Below the pieces are notes generated by a model. That model was given only the letters and a program-made list of their open reading frames with translations, made no database searches and was not told the DNA's origin. Position numbers and translations under genes: made by a program. From Ignavibacteriota bacterium (GTDB lineage Bacteria; Bacteroidota; Ignavibacteria; Palsa-1295): a DNA stretch of 64,000 bases. The stretch is taken from positions 25,321-89,320 of the forward strand of contig CAVZOL010000001.1 of the NCBI GenBank assembly GCA_963776895.1, given 5' to 3'. This document shows, piece by piece, positions 54,771 through 64,000 of the stretch; the stretch's first letter is position 1; each line of letters opens with the position of its first letter.

Positions 54771-54918
54771 AATGGGTAATGTATAAATTCGGGCCTCTTA
54801 ACCCGATGCCTTCGCATAAGATTCAAATGCGCATGAAATGAACCTTACTTCATTCACACTTGTCAAAATAACGGAAAATTTTCTCTTGTGAGCTTACCCA
54901 TCCTCAGGAGTTATATTT

Positions 54919-57900
54919 ATGGAGAGCATCCCAGCATACATGAGAGCACGAAATCGATTTATGAATCGGCTTTTGAACCCACGGGCCTTGTCCGTGGGGG
55001 TTTTGGTGCTCGTGATGTTTTTTCTTAATGTCGGGGCAAGTTATTGCCAGCCGAATTGGCAACTCCTTTTCACTCAACCGAATGGCGACGGTTTTAGCGC
55101 CGCATTCTTTTTTAATGAATCCGTTGGCTTTATTGGTGGAGAATTGACAGATGGCGTTTATAAAACTACAAATGGCGGACAGACATGGATTAATACACTT
55201 CTTCCAAATTACCCCAATGGGCCGCAGCCCAACGGATTCATCACTCAAATTTTGATGACCGACCAGCTCAATGGCTGGCTTACTTGTGAACCAAAGGCAG
55301 ATACGTCTAACCCAAACGAGCCTTCGGTTTATCAAACGAGTAACGGTGGCCTTTCTTGGGAACCTACCGGCCTAACGGGAGGTGCGTCCGATATTTATAT
55401 AACTCCATCTGCAATTATCATCATAAGCCGGAATCTATTGGGAAGCGGGTATATCTCAACCGATGGTGGGAATACTTGGCGGCCATCCTTAGATACAACT
55501 AATGGTATTGATTTCGTGGATGATTTGCATGGAGTTGCAACTGGATTCCAAGAGCAAGTTTGGTATAACACAGTTGATGGCGGCCTGAACTGGGTTACCC
55601 TTTCGCCCGCAGACACCATTGAAACTTGGGGCATTTATGGGGTGAAGGGTTTCTCTTGGTTTTTCACAGCCGGTGAAGGAGATGGGCGCAATGGACATCC
55701 TTTCCCATTCTCATCGGTGCGGCATTCCCGGGATTTCGGAGCAACATGGGTAATTGGTACCGAACTTCCTTTTCATACAACTGGTGACATGGAAGGATTT
55801 GGGTTTACTCTCTACGTGCAGCCTTATAATGGTGATAAGATACCCGGTTCGGGTCTGTATCGATCGAAAGACAGCGGGCAAACATGGGTGAGTATTGGCG
55901 GGCCTGTTAATACAAAAGACACCCGTTTCGCCGTAACCGGATGCAGAGGCGAAGTAATTTATGCTTTTGACACTAAAGGCAACGTGTGGAAAACTTCCGA
56001 TGGCGGCGATGGTTCCCTGCCGCAATTTTCGCTTCCTCCTTCGCCGCTAAATATAGATTCGATCGATGTGTGCAACCCGCAATACCGTGATAGCCGTAAC
56101 GGATCTTGGTTGCGATACGGTGCTCATTACGAACGCCAGCGCACCAGCAACCCCAACGCTCGCGATTCTCGATCCTAAAACTGGTAACCCACCGATCTTT
56201 CCAATCGTGATCGCCGACTCTGGCGAGACCGGCAGCCTGGAACTTGAGCTTAGTTCCTTCACGGCAGGAGCGTATGAAACGAAGGTTGTTCTTCAGATCG
56301 AACGCGAAGGATTCGTGACCTACGACACGGTGACCGTCAATTCGGCGCTCAAATTTTACAATCCGTTGCGCCTCGTTGCCAATATCAATTATGACTCGAC
56401 AGATCTCTGCGGCAGCACCGATAGCGCGCTGACCATTTCGAACGATAGCTGCTTTTCGGTTCAAATTGTGAATTCGGGAATGAAATATGGCACCAGCTTT
56501 CTGCTCGATTCTACTTATACGAACGATTCCATCTCGGCGTTCTCTACTAAATCATTCCCAATTCGGTTTGCTCCGGCGCAGCAGGGCAAGCTCGTCGATT
56601 CTTTAGTGCTCAATCTTATCGTGCTCGGGCGACCGGTGCGCGTAAGTTATCCCGTCACCGGCATTGGGAGGTCGGATAATCCTAAGCTTGTACTGGAAGA
56701 TGCCTCTGGCAATCCTCTACCGAATGAGATCGATTTCGATACTATTACCCGATGCGATAGCTCGATCTTTGCGTTCACCATTTTTGAGCAAGGATGTGAT
56801 TCCCTGTATGTTTCGATTGAGTGGCTCGATTCCACGCAAACAAAACCTCCGCCTTTTAACCAGTTTCATTGGTTTACTCCGAAAAGCCAGTGGGTTGTGA
56901 CCGGCGATACGGTTGTTGCCGGGATCGAAGCGCTGCCGCCTATAGCCGGGAGCTATGAAGGATATTTACGCGTCAGCGACAGCATCAAAGGTGGCACAGC
57001 TACCCTTATTACCCTAATCCCCTATAAGGTGTTTGTCGAACCGGGAACGCGGACGCTTTCGCTCGAAGACTCGATCTACCATTACGATACGATCGCATTT
57101 TGCGATCAAATTGATTCCCTCATTCCGATCGTGAATTTGGGATGCGACACCATTCACGATTCGGTGCTCTCGATCGCAGGACCCGACTTCATTCTTGTCA
57201 ATCCGCCGAACACACCGTTCATTATAAATCCGCACGATACATTCTATGTAGCGGTTCGATATCTACCTGTCAATAGTGGGGCAGGTTCGGATACACTCAC
57301 GATCCGAACCGATGCCGATTCCGCGCCCATGCGCCAGATCGTACTCACCGGATACGCTACACCAACCGATACCATACAATTTAGCGCAGTGACGCCTAAT
57401 TTAACGGTCATTCCAGGCGATACGGCAACGCTTATCGTCATGCCAAATGCGAAATTCAAAAATAATGGACTGAACTCGGTTGCGATCACTCTGTCATACA
57501 ATGGGGACATTATGACGCCCTATCCCGTCGCCACACCGTTGGCTACGACACAAATGGCAGGCGCACTGACGCCCTTTGTCGGGCCAGAGATCATTGTCAG
57601 CCCGGAACTCAGGAACTTGCCCATTACGATCGATGGCACGAATATGACCTTCGATTCGGCCACGCCTATGCTGACCATCAAGTTCCTGATCTCGCTCTCG
57701 GATTCTCTTTCAACCGATTTTCATATTGCGAGTTTCGTGCTCAACAACGGGGATAACGTATTCAACAAATGCCTGCTCGGCGCTACGGTGGATACGGGAA
57801 GCATTGCACTTCAATTCGTATGCGGCGATACCGAACTCTATAATTTACTTCGCTATGGCGCGAACTGGTCGCCGGAGGATGGTATCGTTCCCATCAGCGG

Positions 57901-58162
57901 AGCCGTTCATCCCAATCCGGTGATGGCAGGTTCACCGATCTCCGTTCCCTTCACTGCTTTGCGGGCCGTTGCCGTCAAAATAGAAATTATGGATGAAACC
58001 GGTTCTGTCGTCTATTCCGATCTGTGTAATGTTCCGCAGGCCGGAGCGACAAGCTATATGATACCAGGAGCGGCGATCAGGAGCGGGGCGTATCATTACC
58101 GACTGCATCCGATCGATGGCGGAACCGGCGTTACAACGGGAAGCTTTGTTGTTATTCGGTAG
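54919..58162 (+). pseudogene. BNR/Ycf48-like beta-propeller plus Ig-like repeats plus T9SS C-terminal sorting domain protein, frame shifted near 56066-56090
   Basis: Repeated T.(N/D)GG.TW motifs (TTNGGQTW, STDGGNTW, TVDGGLNW, SKDSGQTW). The second ORF continues ...VIAVTDLGCDTVLI. The C-terminus ...HPNPVMAGSPISV...GAYHYRLHP...GSFVVIR is T9SS-CTD-like. Confidence 0.72.
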
Positions 58163-58169
58163 CGGGTGC

Positions 58170-58769
58170 TTACTCTGCCGCCACTTCCCTTGCAAAAGAA
58201 AGGATATACTGCTCACTCGGCATTTCGCCGGTTACTGTATAAACCAGCCTTCCTTCGGGATCGATAAAGCACGATTGAGGCAGCACGAATTCCGATTCAT
58301 CGGGAAAATATTTGTAGTACAGCGTGAAAAGCGAGTCGATTGCGAATTGATAGGAATAGTTATTACTTTTTACATAACTGCTGACTGTATTGAAGGGATT
58401 GCCGGGACTATCGTCCGAAACACCGATCACCAAAAGACTGTCTCCCATTTGATTTACGACCGATTGTATGGCCGGCATTTCCGATTTGCAATACACGCAC
58501 CACGTAGCCCAAAAATTGATCAGCACCACCTGACCGTGATGGTTGCTCAAACTATCGAGCGTACTATCGGCGCGGTACCATCGGAAATCAGGCGCGTAAA
58601 GCACGCTATCGTTTGCGCGGGCCGCCCCGGCAGGCCAGAGAATGGTCGAGATATTCCCGGAAACTTCCTGGGTATAAACCAGCGGCCCCAGCGAACTGGG
58701 TTCTGTAGTACACCCACTCACTGCGAGCACGCACGCTGAGAGTAAAACCGGTATGAATCGCCTGACCAT
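58170..58769 (-). CDS. TlpA/ResA-like thiol:disulfide oxidoreductase lipoprotein
   Basis: VVLINFWATWCVYCKSEMP (CxxC). The likely start is MVRRFIPVLLSACVLAVSGC (lipobox). The track ORF start at 58850 lies inside the MITE. Confidence 0.8.
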   Translation of the reverse strand: MVRRFIPVLLSACVLAVSGCTTEPSSLGPLVYTQEVSGNISTILWPAGAARANDSVLYAPDFRWYRADSTLDSLSNHHGQVVLINFWATWCVYCKSEMPAIQSVVNQMGDSLLVIGVSDDSPGNPFNTVSSYVKSNNYSYQFAIDSLFTLYYKYFPDESEFVLPQSCFIDPEGRLVYTVTGEMPSEQYILSFAREVAAE

Positions 58770-58844
58770 TACTATTAGTAATAACCCCGTTTTGCGGGTT
58801 TTGTTACCAGTACGACTTTGCGGAGGTGTGCTGGTTTCTATATT

Positions 58845-58969
58845 TGTCATCCCGAACGGAGTCGAAGTATCTCGTGAGGTTTGGCTCGATGGTGACGACC
58901 GGAGATTCTTCGACTTCGCAAAACGGAGTCCGCTGAGGCGGACTCCGTTTTGCTTCGCTCAGAATGACA
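58845..58969. repeat. MITE-like element, same family as 44133..44297 (copy B)
   Basis: TGTCATCCCGAACGGAGTCGAAGTATCTCGTGAGG...GAGATTCTTCGAC...CCGTTTTGCTTCGCTCAGAATGACA. Confidence 0.85.
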
Positions 58970-58989
58970 TTGTAATCTAACTATAACTC

Positions 58990-60909
58990 TTATTTAAGCA
59001 TCACGACACGCGCACTTTGGATCTGTTCTCCCATTCTGATCTGGCAGACATAACTTCCTGCCAATAGCCCAGAGCCATCCCAAAGGTATTCGTTCGTACC
59101 AGCGGGAAGCATTCCCAGATTGAGCGTTTGCACTTGTTCGCCTAACGTATTAAATACGCGAAGCGAAACATCTTCCGAAATTGGAAGTGTAAATTGGATG
59201 AGTGCCGAACCAGCCGATGGATTCGGTGAAATAGTTACCGCATCCAAGCCGTCAGTATTGGATGGAGTTACGGATGAGGGCGCGCCGAACGTAAAGCTCC
59301 ATGGCGTACCGGGGTTGCTCAAGCCATTACCATTCACAGCCAAAACTTCCCAATAATACGTTTGCCCAACCGTGAAATAGAAAGAGGAAGCAGTTTCGTA
59401 CGTATTGCCCTGTGTGCTGGGATCTTGATAAACGGTGTCCAGCATGTTTATGTTAGAATCCAGGATGAACCAATAGTCGTCGGCTTCGTTGTTTGCAGAC
59501 CATGTAAAGGAGACATTGCTATCACCGACGCTCGATCCATTGGGTGGAGTGAGTAGCACAACGCTGCTCGGCGGAAGCGCGACAGAAAACGAGGCAATGG
59601 GTGACCACGGGCCGATGTATTCCTTCGTGGTATTTTCAGCCAGCACGCGCCAGAAGTAAGTATTGGTATCGTTAAGATTGCTAAATACGACGGAAGTATC
59701 GGCCAGCGAGTCGTTGAAAACTAAATTTTTCATTCCCGCATCGGTCGCGATCTGAACATGGTATTTCGTGGCAACCGGAATACTGTCCCAAACAAAATCA
59801 ACGACATTCGTATTGACCACCGTATCATCCACCGGCGTTACGAGCGTAACCTGCGACGGAAACCCCGTCAAATCAGGACCGAAATCAACTTTAACATTTA
59901 CCCCGGATAAGGTAACGGTTTTCATAACCGGAGTCTTGAATATTCCGCCCGAAGCCGTCACGGTAACTTGGCCGCTTCCTGTATAAGGAATCGCATACCC
60001 GCCGGATGCAGAAGTAACGGCATAATACGAAGAACCGGATGAGAGCGTAATCTTAACACCCGCATCGCCTTCGCCTTCGTCATAAAATCCATTTTGATTG
60101 GAATCGCTATAAACTACGCCGAGCACAAACACATTTGGCCCGGTCACAAAATCTTCTGTCGTGAGAACCGGGCCTACGTTGCCATTAGGGTTTCCGTTCC
60201 CATTACCGGCGACCATCCCTAACCCGACTTCGGTATAAATCGCATCTGTCGAGGCAAAGTTCATTATATTATGCCGATGCCCGAGATCCGAATTGCCAAA
60301 ATCAATGAGAAACGCAGCATCGTCATAGAATACATCGGAATCGCCAAACGCAAAGACATTTTCGCCCCACGCGCTCCAGTCGGTGTATCCGGCTGCTTCA
60401 ATGCGGCTGCCGGGATTGCCATCCGGACCAACATGATATTGGCTATCCACGATAATCATTTCATTATCGTGACCGCGCGCGGCGGTAAGCAGATCGGCAT
60501 TCATTGCTAATGGCGGACGGGCGGGATACGTCGGAAAATCCGTGGCCACCTCACTTCGGCTCGACGAAGGATATCCATTATATTCGTTCACGACTCCGGG
60601 ATCCTGTGTGGTAGAAAGAATAATACCTTCGGAATCGGGATACGCGCGCGCAAAATTGATGTATTCAAGCATGAGCTGCTCTTCGTCCGTCGGATTGCCG
60701 CAGTTGTATTGCGTATTGGAAAGCGTATGATCGTTTGAAAGGGTCTGCATATTCCCTTTCTTATCGATTACTTTTTTAGACCTGATCGCCGTGCATGGAA
60801 CACGCGGCGAGGGTGCAGTCTGCGAAATTGCCTGGTCGGGCTGGGAAAGCGAAACAACTACGGCAAGCGATGCGAAAACAATGAATCGAATATTGGCGGT
60901 TTTATTCAT
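58990..60909 (-). CDS. CAP/SCP-like domain protein with Fn3/Ig-like repeats and T9SS C-terminal sorting domain
   Basis: Signal peptide. EEQLMLEYINFARA...LLTAARGHDNEM...GHRHNIMN (CAP-like, from memory). The C-terminus ISPNPSAGSALIQFTL...LRVFNTLGEQV...GSYVCQIRMGEQIQSARVVMLK is T9SS-CTD-like. Confidence 0.65.
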   Translation of the reverse strand: MNKTANIRFIVFASLAVVVSLSQPDQAISQTAPSPRVPCTAIRSKKVIDKKGNMQTLSNDHTLSNTQYNCGNPTDEEQLMLEYINFARAYPDSEGIILSTTQDPGVVNEYNGYPSSSRSEVATDFPTYPARPPLAMNADLLTAARGHDNEMIIVDSQYHVGPDGNPGSRIEAAGYTDWSAWGENVFAFGDSDVFYDDAAFLIDFGNSDLGHRHNIMNFASTDAIYTEVGLGMVAGNGNGNPNGNVGPVLTTEDFVTGPNVFVLGVVYSDSNQNGFYDEGEGDAGVKITLSSGSSYYAVTSASGGYAIPYTGSGQVTVTASGGIFKTPVMKTVTLSGVNVKVDFGPDLTGFPSQVTLVTPVDDTVVNTNVVDFVWDSIPVATKYHVQIATDAGMKNLVFNDSLADTSVVFSNLNDTNTYFWRVLAENTTKEYIGPWSPIASFSVALPPSSVVLLTPPNGSSVGDSNVSFTWSANNEADDYWFILDSNINMLDTVYQDPSTQGNTYETASSFYFTVGQTYYWEVLAVNGNGLSNPGTPWSFTFGAPSSVTPSNTDGLDAVTISPNPSAGSALIQFTLPISEDVSLRVFNTLGEQVQTLNLGMLPAGTNEYLWDGSGLLAGSYVCQIRMGEQIQSARVVMLK

Positions 60910-61032
60910 AAAGCAGGAATGAAAATTTCTTCGGAATCAAACCACGCGGGGCTCAGTATTAATCCCGAATTTTATTTTTTAGGAATTTCCGATTAAGCAG
61001 TTTTTCCCATCATTGCGAGAAAAACCCCGAGT

Positions 61033-61086
61033 GCGACGAAGCAATCTCGTGAGATCAAGCATAATCTCAAGGGATTGCTTCGCCGC
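61033..61086. repeat. Strong intergenic hairpin belonging to a dispersed-repeat type (CATTGCGAG...GCGACGAAGCAATC...GATTGCTTCGCCGC)
   Basis: A 14-bp stem with one mismatch and a 26-nt loop. Only one copy is present in this window. Confidence 0.6.
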
Positions 61087-61179
61087 ATTCAGCTCACACA
61101 CGCATGAGCGATCAGGCGGATGGCTTAATATTCTTCTATAAGGCTTTTCTGGAAGACAAGCCGCTTTCGGTTGAATCGC

Positions 61180-61806
61180 TCACCGAAAATACCCTACAAA
61201 ACCGATCGAAGGCGTTGGGATAATATCGCCGGATGGCATAAAGGCAGTGAACATAAGGTTCAGGGTCATGCCAACGTTGCGGCCATACGGAACTTCATAC
61301 CCGATGCCAAAACCGAGGCGGTATGGTGAACTAAGCTCATTCCCGCTTGAATTATTCGCATTCGAATTATTATTGTTGAAATTAAAGCCGTTCTGATTAT
61401 TGCTATTCGTCGAGCCATCGTTGTAATAATAATACCCCGCTGCTCCGACGAGATACAACCGTGTATAACCTAAAAATAGATCGTACTGAAGTTCCCCACC
61501 GATGTCGTACATGCCGACATTGCCATCTTTGAATGGCATCCCCGTGATCTGAATTGCGATCGGGCTGTATGGGAGATGATCTTTCAGCGTCAGTCCTACA
61601 CCCGAGACGAAGCTCGCGCTGAAACCGACGCCCATGTAATTATCGGCAAAAACGCGCTGTACGCCGGCTTGTCCTGCGGTGAGCAACGTTTGGCTGTTCG
61701 CCGGATCACTCATGAGTGCAAGTAGGACGATGGGAACGGGAATTAATAATGCACTTAATCGAAATGATTTAATGTGGTGTGATTTTTGTGTGTGTATCAT
61801 GGCCAT
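61180..61806 (-). CDS. Small outer-membrane beta-barrel-like protein with Asn-rich loop
   Basis: Signal peptide ...LALMSDPANSQ, alternating hydrophobic pattern, and an NSNNQNGFNFNNNNSNANNSSGN insert. Confidence 0.5.
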   Translation of the reverse strand: MAMIHTQKSHHIKSFRLSALLIPVPIVLLALMSDPANSQTLLTAGQAGVQRVFADNYMGVGFSASFVSGVGLTLKDHLPYSPIAIQITGMPFKDGNVGMYDIGGELQYDLFLGYTRLYLVGAAGYYYYNDGSTNSNNQNGFNFNNNNSNANNSSGNELSSPYRLGFGIGYEVPYGRNVGMTLNLMFTAFMPSGDIIPTPSIGFVGYFR

Positions 61807-63146
61807 ATTCTTGTTAGCGTCCTCGGGAATGGAATCGCTTCACGAATATGCTCCAGATCGCAGACCCACATGACGAGTCGTTCGAGTCCGAGTCCAAAAC
61901 CTGCGTGTGGCACGCTTCCATATCTCCGAAGGTCGAGATACCATTCAAAGACGGATTCCGGAAGGTGATGTTCCGCTAACCGGGCCTGCAATTTCATTAA
62001 ATCGTCTTCACGTTGGGAACCACCGATAATTTCGCCAAATTCGGGAAAAAGCACATCCATGGCAAGCGCTTTATCCGGCTCGTTTGGGTCGCGCTTCATG
62101 TAAAATGCTTTTACGGCTGCGGGGTAATGGTGAACTATTACCGGGGAATCATAAAGGGAAGTTAATGCCACTTCATCGTACGCGCCGAAATCATCGCCAT
62201 ATTCGAACCGCTTGAAGGTCGGTGGTAACTCTTCTCCCGATGCCAACTTCTCATCCCAATATTTATCCAAAATTTTTGCAGCTTCATCGTAATGCATTCG
62301 TACAAATGGTTTCAACACGCGCTCGCAACGTTGAACGAGTCCTTTGCCTTCATTGAGCATAGCGAGTTCCGATTTGCGGTCTTCCAGCACACGGCCGACG
62401 ACATAATGCACGAAATCCTCTGCAAGCTTCATATCTCCTTCCAGATCCATGAATGCAACTTCCGGTTCGACCATCCAGAATTCGTTCAGATGCCGCTTGG
62501 TCTTCGAGCGCTCTGCCCGAAACGTAGGACCGAACACATAAACCTTCCCAAATGCCATCGCGCCGGCCTCGCCATAAAGCTGACCGGATTGTGAAAGGTA
62601 GGCCATCCCTTCATCGAAATATTTAGTTTCGAACAGTGTGCTGGTTCCCTCGGCAGCATTCGGAGTGAGAATGGGTGCATCGAAGCAAATAAAATCCCTC
62701 TTATGGAAAAAATCCCGAATCGCAACGATGATGGTGTCACGAATTTTCATCGTGGCCCACGGACGCGAATGCCGCAGCCACAGATGCCGATGCTGCATCA
62801 GATATTCGATGCCATGTTCTTTCGGCGTGATGGGGTAATCGGTCGCGGCCGAGATCATTTCAAGCTTCGAAACGAACAGCTCGACATCGCCCGGAGCCTT
62901 CCCTTTCGCTTCCTGAACCTTACCGGTTACGGCAAACGTGGATTCCTGCGTCAGTTCGTTGGCAATGGTATACGTGGCTTCGTCCACGGCATTCTTCATC
63001 ACAACGCACTGGCATACGCCCGTGCCATCGCGGAGCATCAAAAATTGTATCTTCCCGCTCGACCGCTTATTCGAAAGCCACCCGCGCAGGGTTACTTCCT
63101 CGCCGACGTGTTTGCTTAAGTCTGTAATGTAATCGCGCTGCATCAT
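61797..63146 (-). CDS. asnS: Asparagine--tRNA ligase
   Basis: 449-aa class-II aaRS: FRAERSKTKRHLNEFWMVEPE, GGSQRE, WYLDLRRYGSVPHAGFGLGLERLV. Confidence 0.88.
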   Translation of the reverse strand: MMQRDYITDLSKHVGEEVTLRGWLSNKRSSGKIQFLMLRDGTGVCQCVVMKNAVDEATYTIANELTQESTFAVTGKVQEAKGKAPGDVELFVSKLEMISAATDYPITPKEHGIEYLMQHRHLWLRHSRPWATMKIRDTIIVAIRDFFHKRDFICFDAPILTPNAAEGTSTLFETKYFDEGMAYLSQSGQLYGEAGAMAFGKVYVFGPTFRAERSKTKRHLNEFWMVEPEVAFMDLEGDMKLAEDFVHYVVGRVLEDRKSELAMLNEGKGLVQRCERVLKPFVRMHYDEAAKILDKYWDEKLASGEELPPTFKRFEYGDDFGAYDEVALTSLYDSPVIVHHYPAAVKAFYMKRDPNEPDKALAMDVLFPEFGEIIGGSQREDDLMKLQARLAEHHLPESVFEWYLDLRRYGSVPHAGFGLGLERLVMWVCDLEHIREAIPFPRTLTRIWP

Positions 63147-63183
63147 AAAATCAGAGTACTCTTTTTATTTGCAATAATAATAG

Positions 63184-63579
63184 TTAGGCAAGCCTAAGAC
63201 CGGGAATACGCTCAAAATCACGTAGATTGAGAGTAATTAGAGTGTGACCATAGTAAAGACAGGATGCTGCAATCCACGAATCGTGAACGCCGATCATTTC
63301 ATGTCTCTCCTGGAGACCTGCCCAAATTTTCGCGTGAATTTTTGCAGTTTCGGGATCAATGGATATTACATGAAAATTATTGAGGATCGATTCGATAAAT
63401 TGTTTCCGTTCATCGCGTACCGTTTCATTCGTCGCGCGTTCATATCCATGAAATAGTTCACTTACTGTTATCACCGAAATAAAATACTCCGCGGTGGGGT
63501 CCTGTATAATAAGATCGGAAAGTTTTTTGCGCTGACGTTCCGCATTGATTACAACGTCAGAATCGATCACGAAGCCCAT
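63184..63579 (-). CDS. vapC: PIN-domain toxin VapC
   Basis: MGFVIDSDVVI (Asp), ISVITVSEL (Glu), HDSWIAASCLYYGHTLITLNLRDFERI. Confidence 0.82.
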   Translation of the reverse strand: MGFVIDSDVVINAERQRKKLSDLIIQDPTAEYFISVITVSELFHGYERATNETVRDERKQFIESILNNFHVISIDPETAKIHAKIWAGLQERHEMIGVHDSWIAASCLYYGHTLITLNLRDFERIPGLRLA

Positions 63580-63860
63580 GGTTCGGATGTTAGCGGAGCG
63601 TTGCCTAAATGGCGAATTTCACGAATATCGTGTGCGAAACTCTCGGCATTCTCTTTTGATAAACGAGGAAGCGCGTCAATCACTCGAAGCAAATCTTTGC
63701 CGATAACACCTTGTGGAGATGCAGGTGTGCTCAGAAGTGCAGAAGAAGGTTCTTCTTCCGAAACTGAAATATATATATTCTTATGAGCAAACATCCCCCT
63801 TAGCATATCAAAAAAAGAAGGGGTCAATTCATCTCCGTTTAGCCGAAATGTCGTATTCAT
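63567..63860 (-). CDS. Antitoxin partner of VapC sharing an N-terminal module with the YoeB antitoxin
   Basis: MNTTFRLNGDELTPSFFDMLRGMFAHKNIYISVSEEE... Overlaps vapC by 13 nt. Confidence 0.65.
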   Translation of the reverse strand: MNTTFRLNGDELTPSFFDMLRGMFAHKNIYISVSEEEPSSALLSTPASPQGVIGKDLLRVIDALPRLSKENAESFAHDIREIRHLGNAPLTSEPWAS

Positions 63861-64000
63861 GTCCTATTAAAGCGTAGGAATTGGAGCTTTGTTCCTTAAG
63901 CTTTCATGAAGTCCGTTAAGGAAAAATCCCTCGTAAATCTGTCGGCAGTAACCGGCACTAATTAGACTTTCCACTGGACAGTTTATTCGAAAACCCGCCG

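Noticed and set aside
63900-64000. Possible terminator or gene start at the window end (…CGAAAACCCGCCG)
   Set aside because: The sequence resembles the first arm of the AAACCCGCC hairpin at 25784, but the window ends before the second arm, so it cannot be called.

Overview
64-kb chromosomal window, about 50% GC. It most likely comes from an FCB-superphylum bacterium (Ignavibacteria/Bacteroidota-like). That guess rests on two cargo proteins with type-IX-secretion C-terminal sorting domains, a GxxExxY gene, and dispersed MITE-like repeats of the type that translate to ...AQND... I recognise about 70 protein-coding genes and no rRNA, tRNA or CRISPR.

Layout:
- 1-1.5 kb: secreted beta-propeller protein, truncated by the window edge.
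- 1.8-8.4 kb: complete his operon (hisG-C-B-H-F-A/IE-D, minus strand), preceded by a His-codon leader peptide and an attenuator.
- 8.5-10 kb: non-coding island with two paralogous tiny hydrophobic ORFs, operator-like repeats and a hairpin-rich segment.
- 10-25.8 kb: AraC regulator, obg, a GxxExxY gene bracketed by 38-nt inverted repeats, a ~1,280-codon outer-membrane protein, rsmI, yoeB/antitoxin, AI-2E transporter, rlpA, tatD, relA/spoT, ruvX.
- 25.8-33.3 kb: accessory cluster of three paralogous signal-peptide-bearing tail-fibre/appendage-like proteins plus two small partners. The cluster shows traces of segmental duplication.
- 33.6-38.8 kb: LOG-family gene behind a 15-bp x ~15 tandem array, two paralogous membrane proteins, a RayT transposase flanked by inverted REP hairpins, nadA, ygfZ-like.
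- 38.9-64 kb: assorted genes, including a ppx / two tmk-like / CHAD polyphosphate module, tsaB, tsaE, alr, hicAB, prfB with its programmed +1 frameshift, two T9SS cargo proteins, asnS and vapC/antitoxin.

Most notable observation: a ~40-58-nt GC-rich palindromic repeat (CCCCCTCCT...AGGAGGGGGAGTT) occurs four times. Three copies sit in-frame inside conserved genes (rsmI, nadA, a SpmA-like gene).

Caveats: at least 11 genes have reading frames broken by single-base shifts, several at short homopolymer runs, so sequence quality is a real concern. Coordinates of non-ORF features were counted by hand from ORF anchors and may be off by 1-2 nt.
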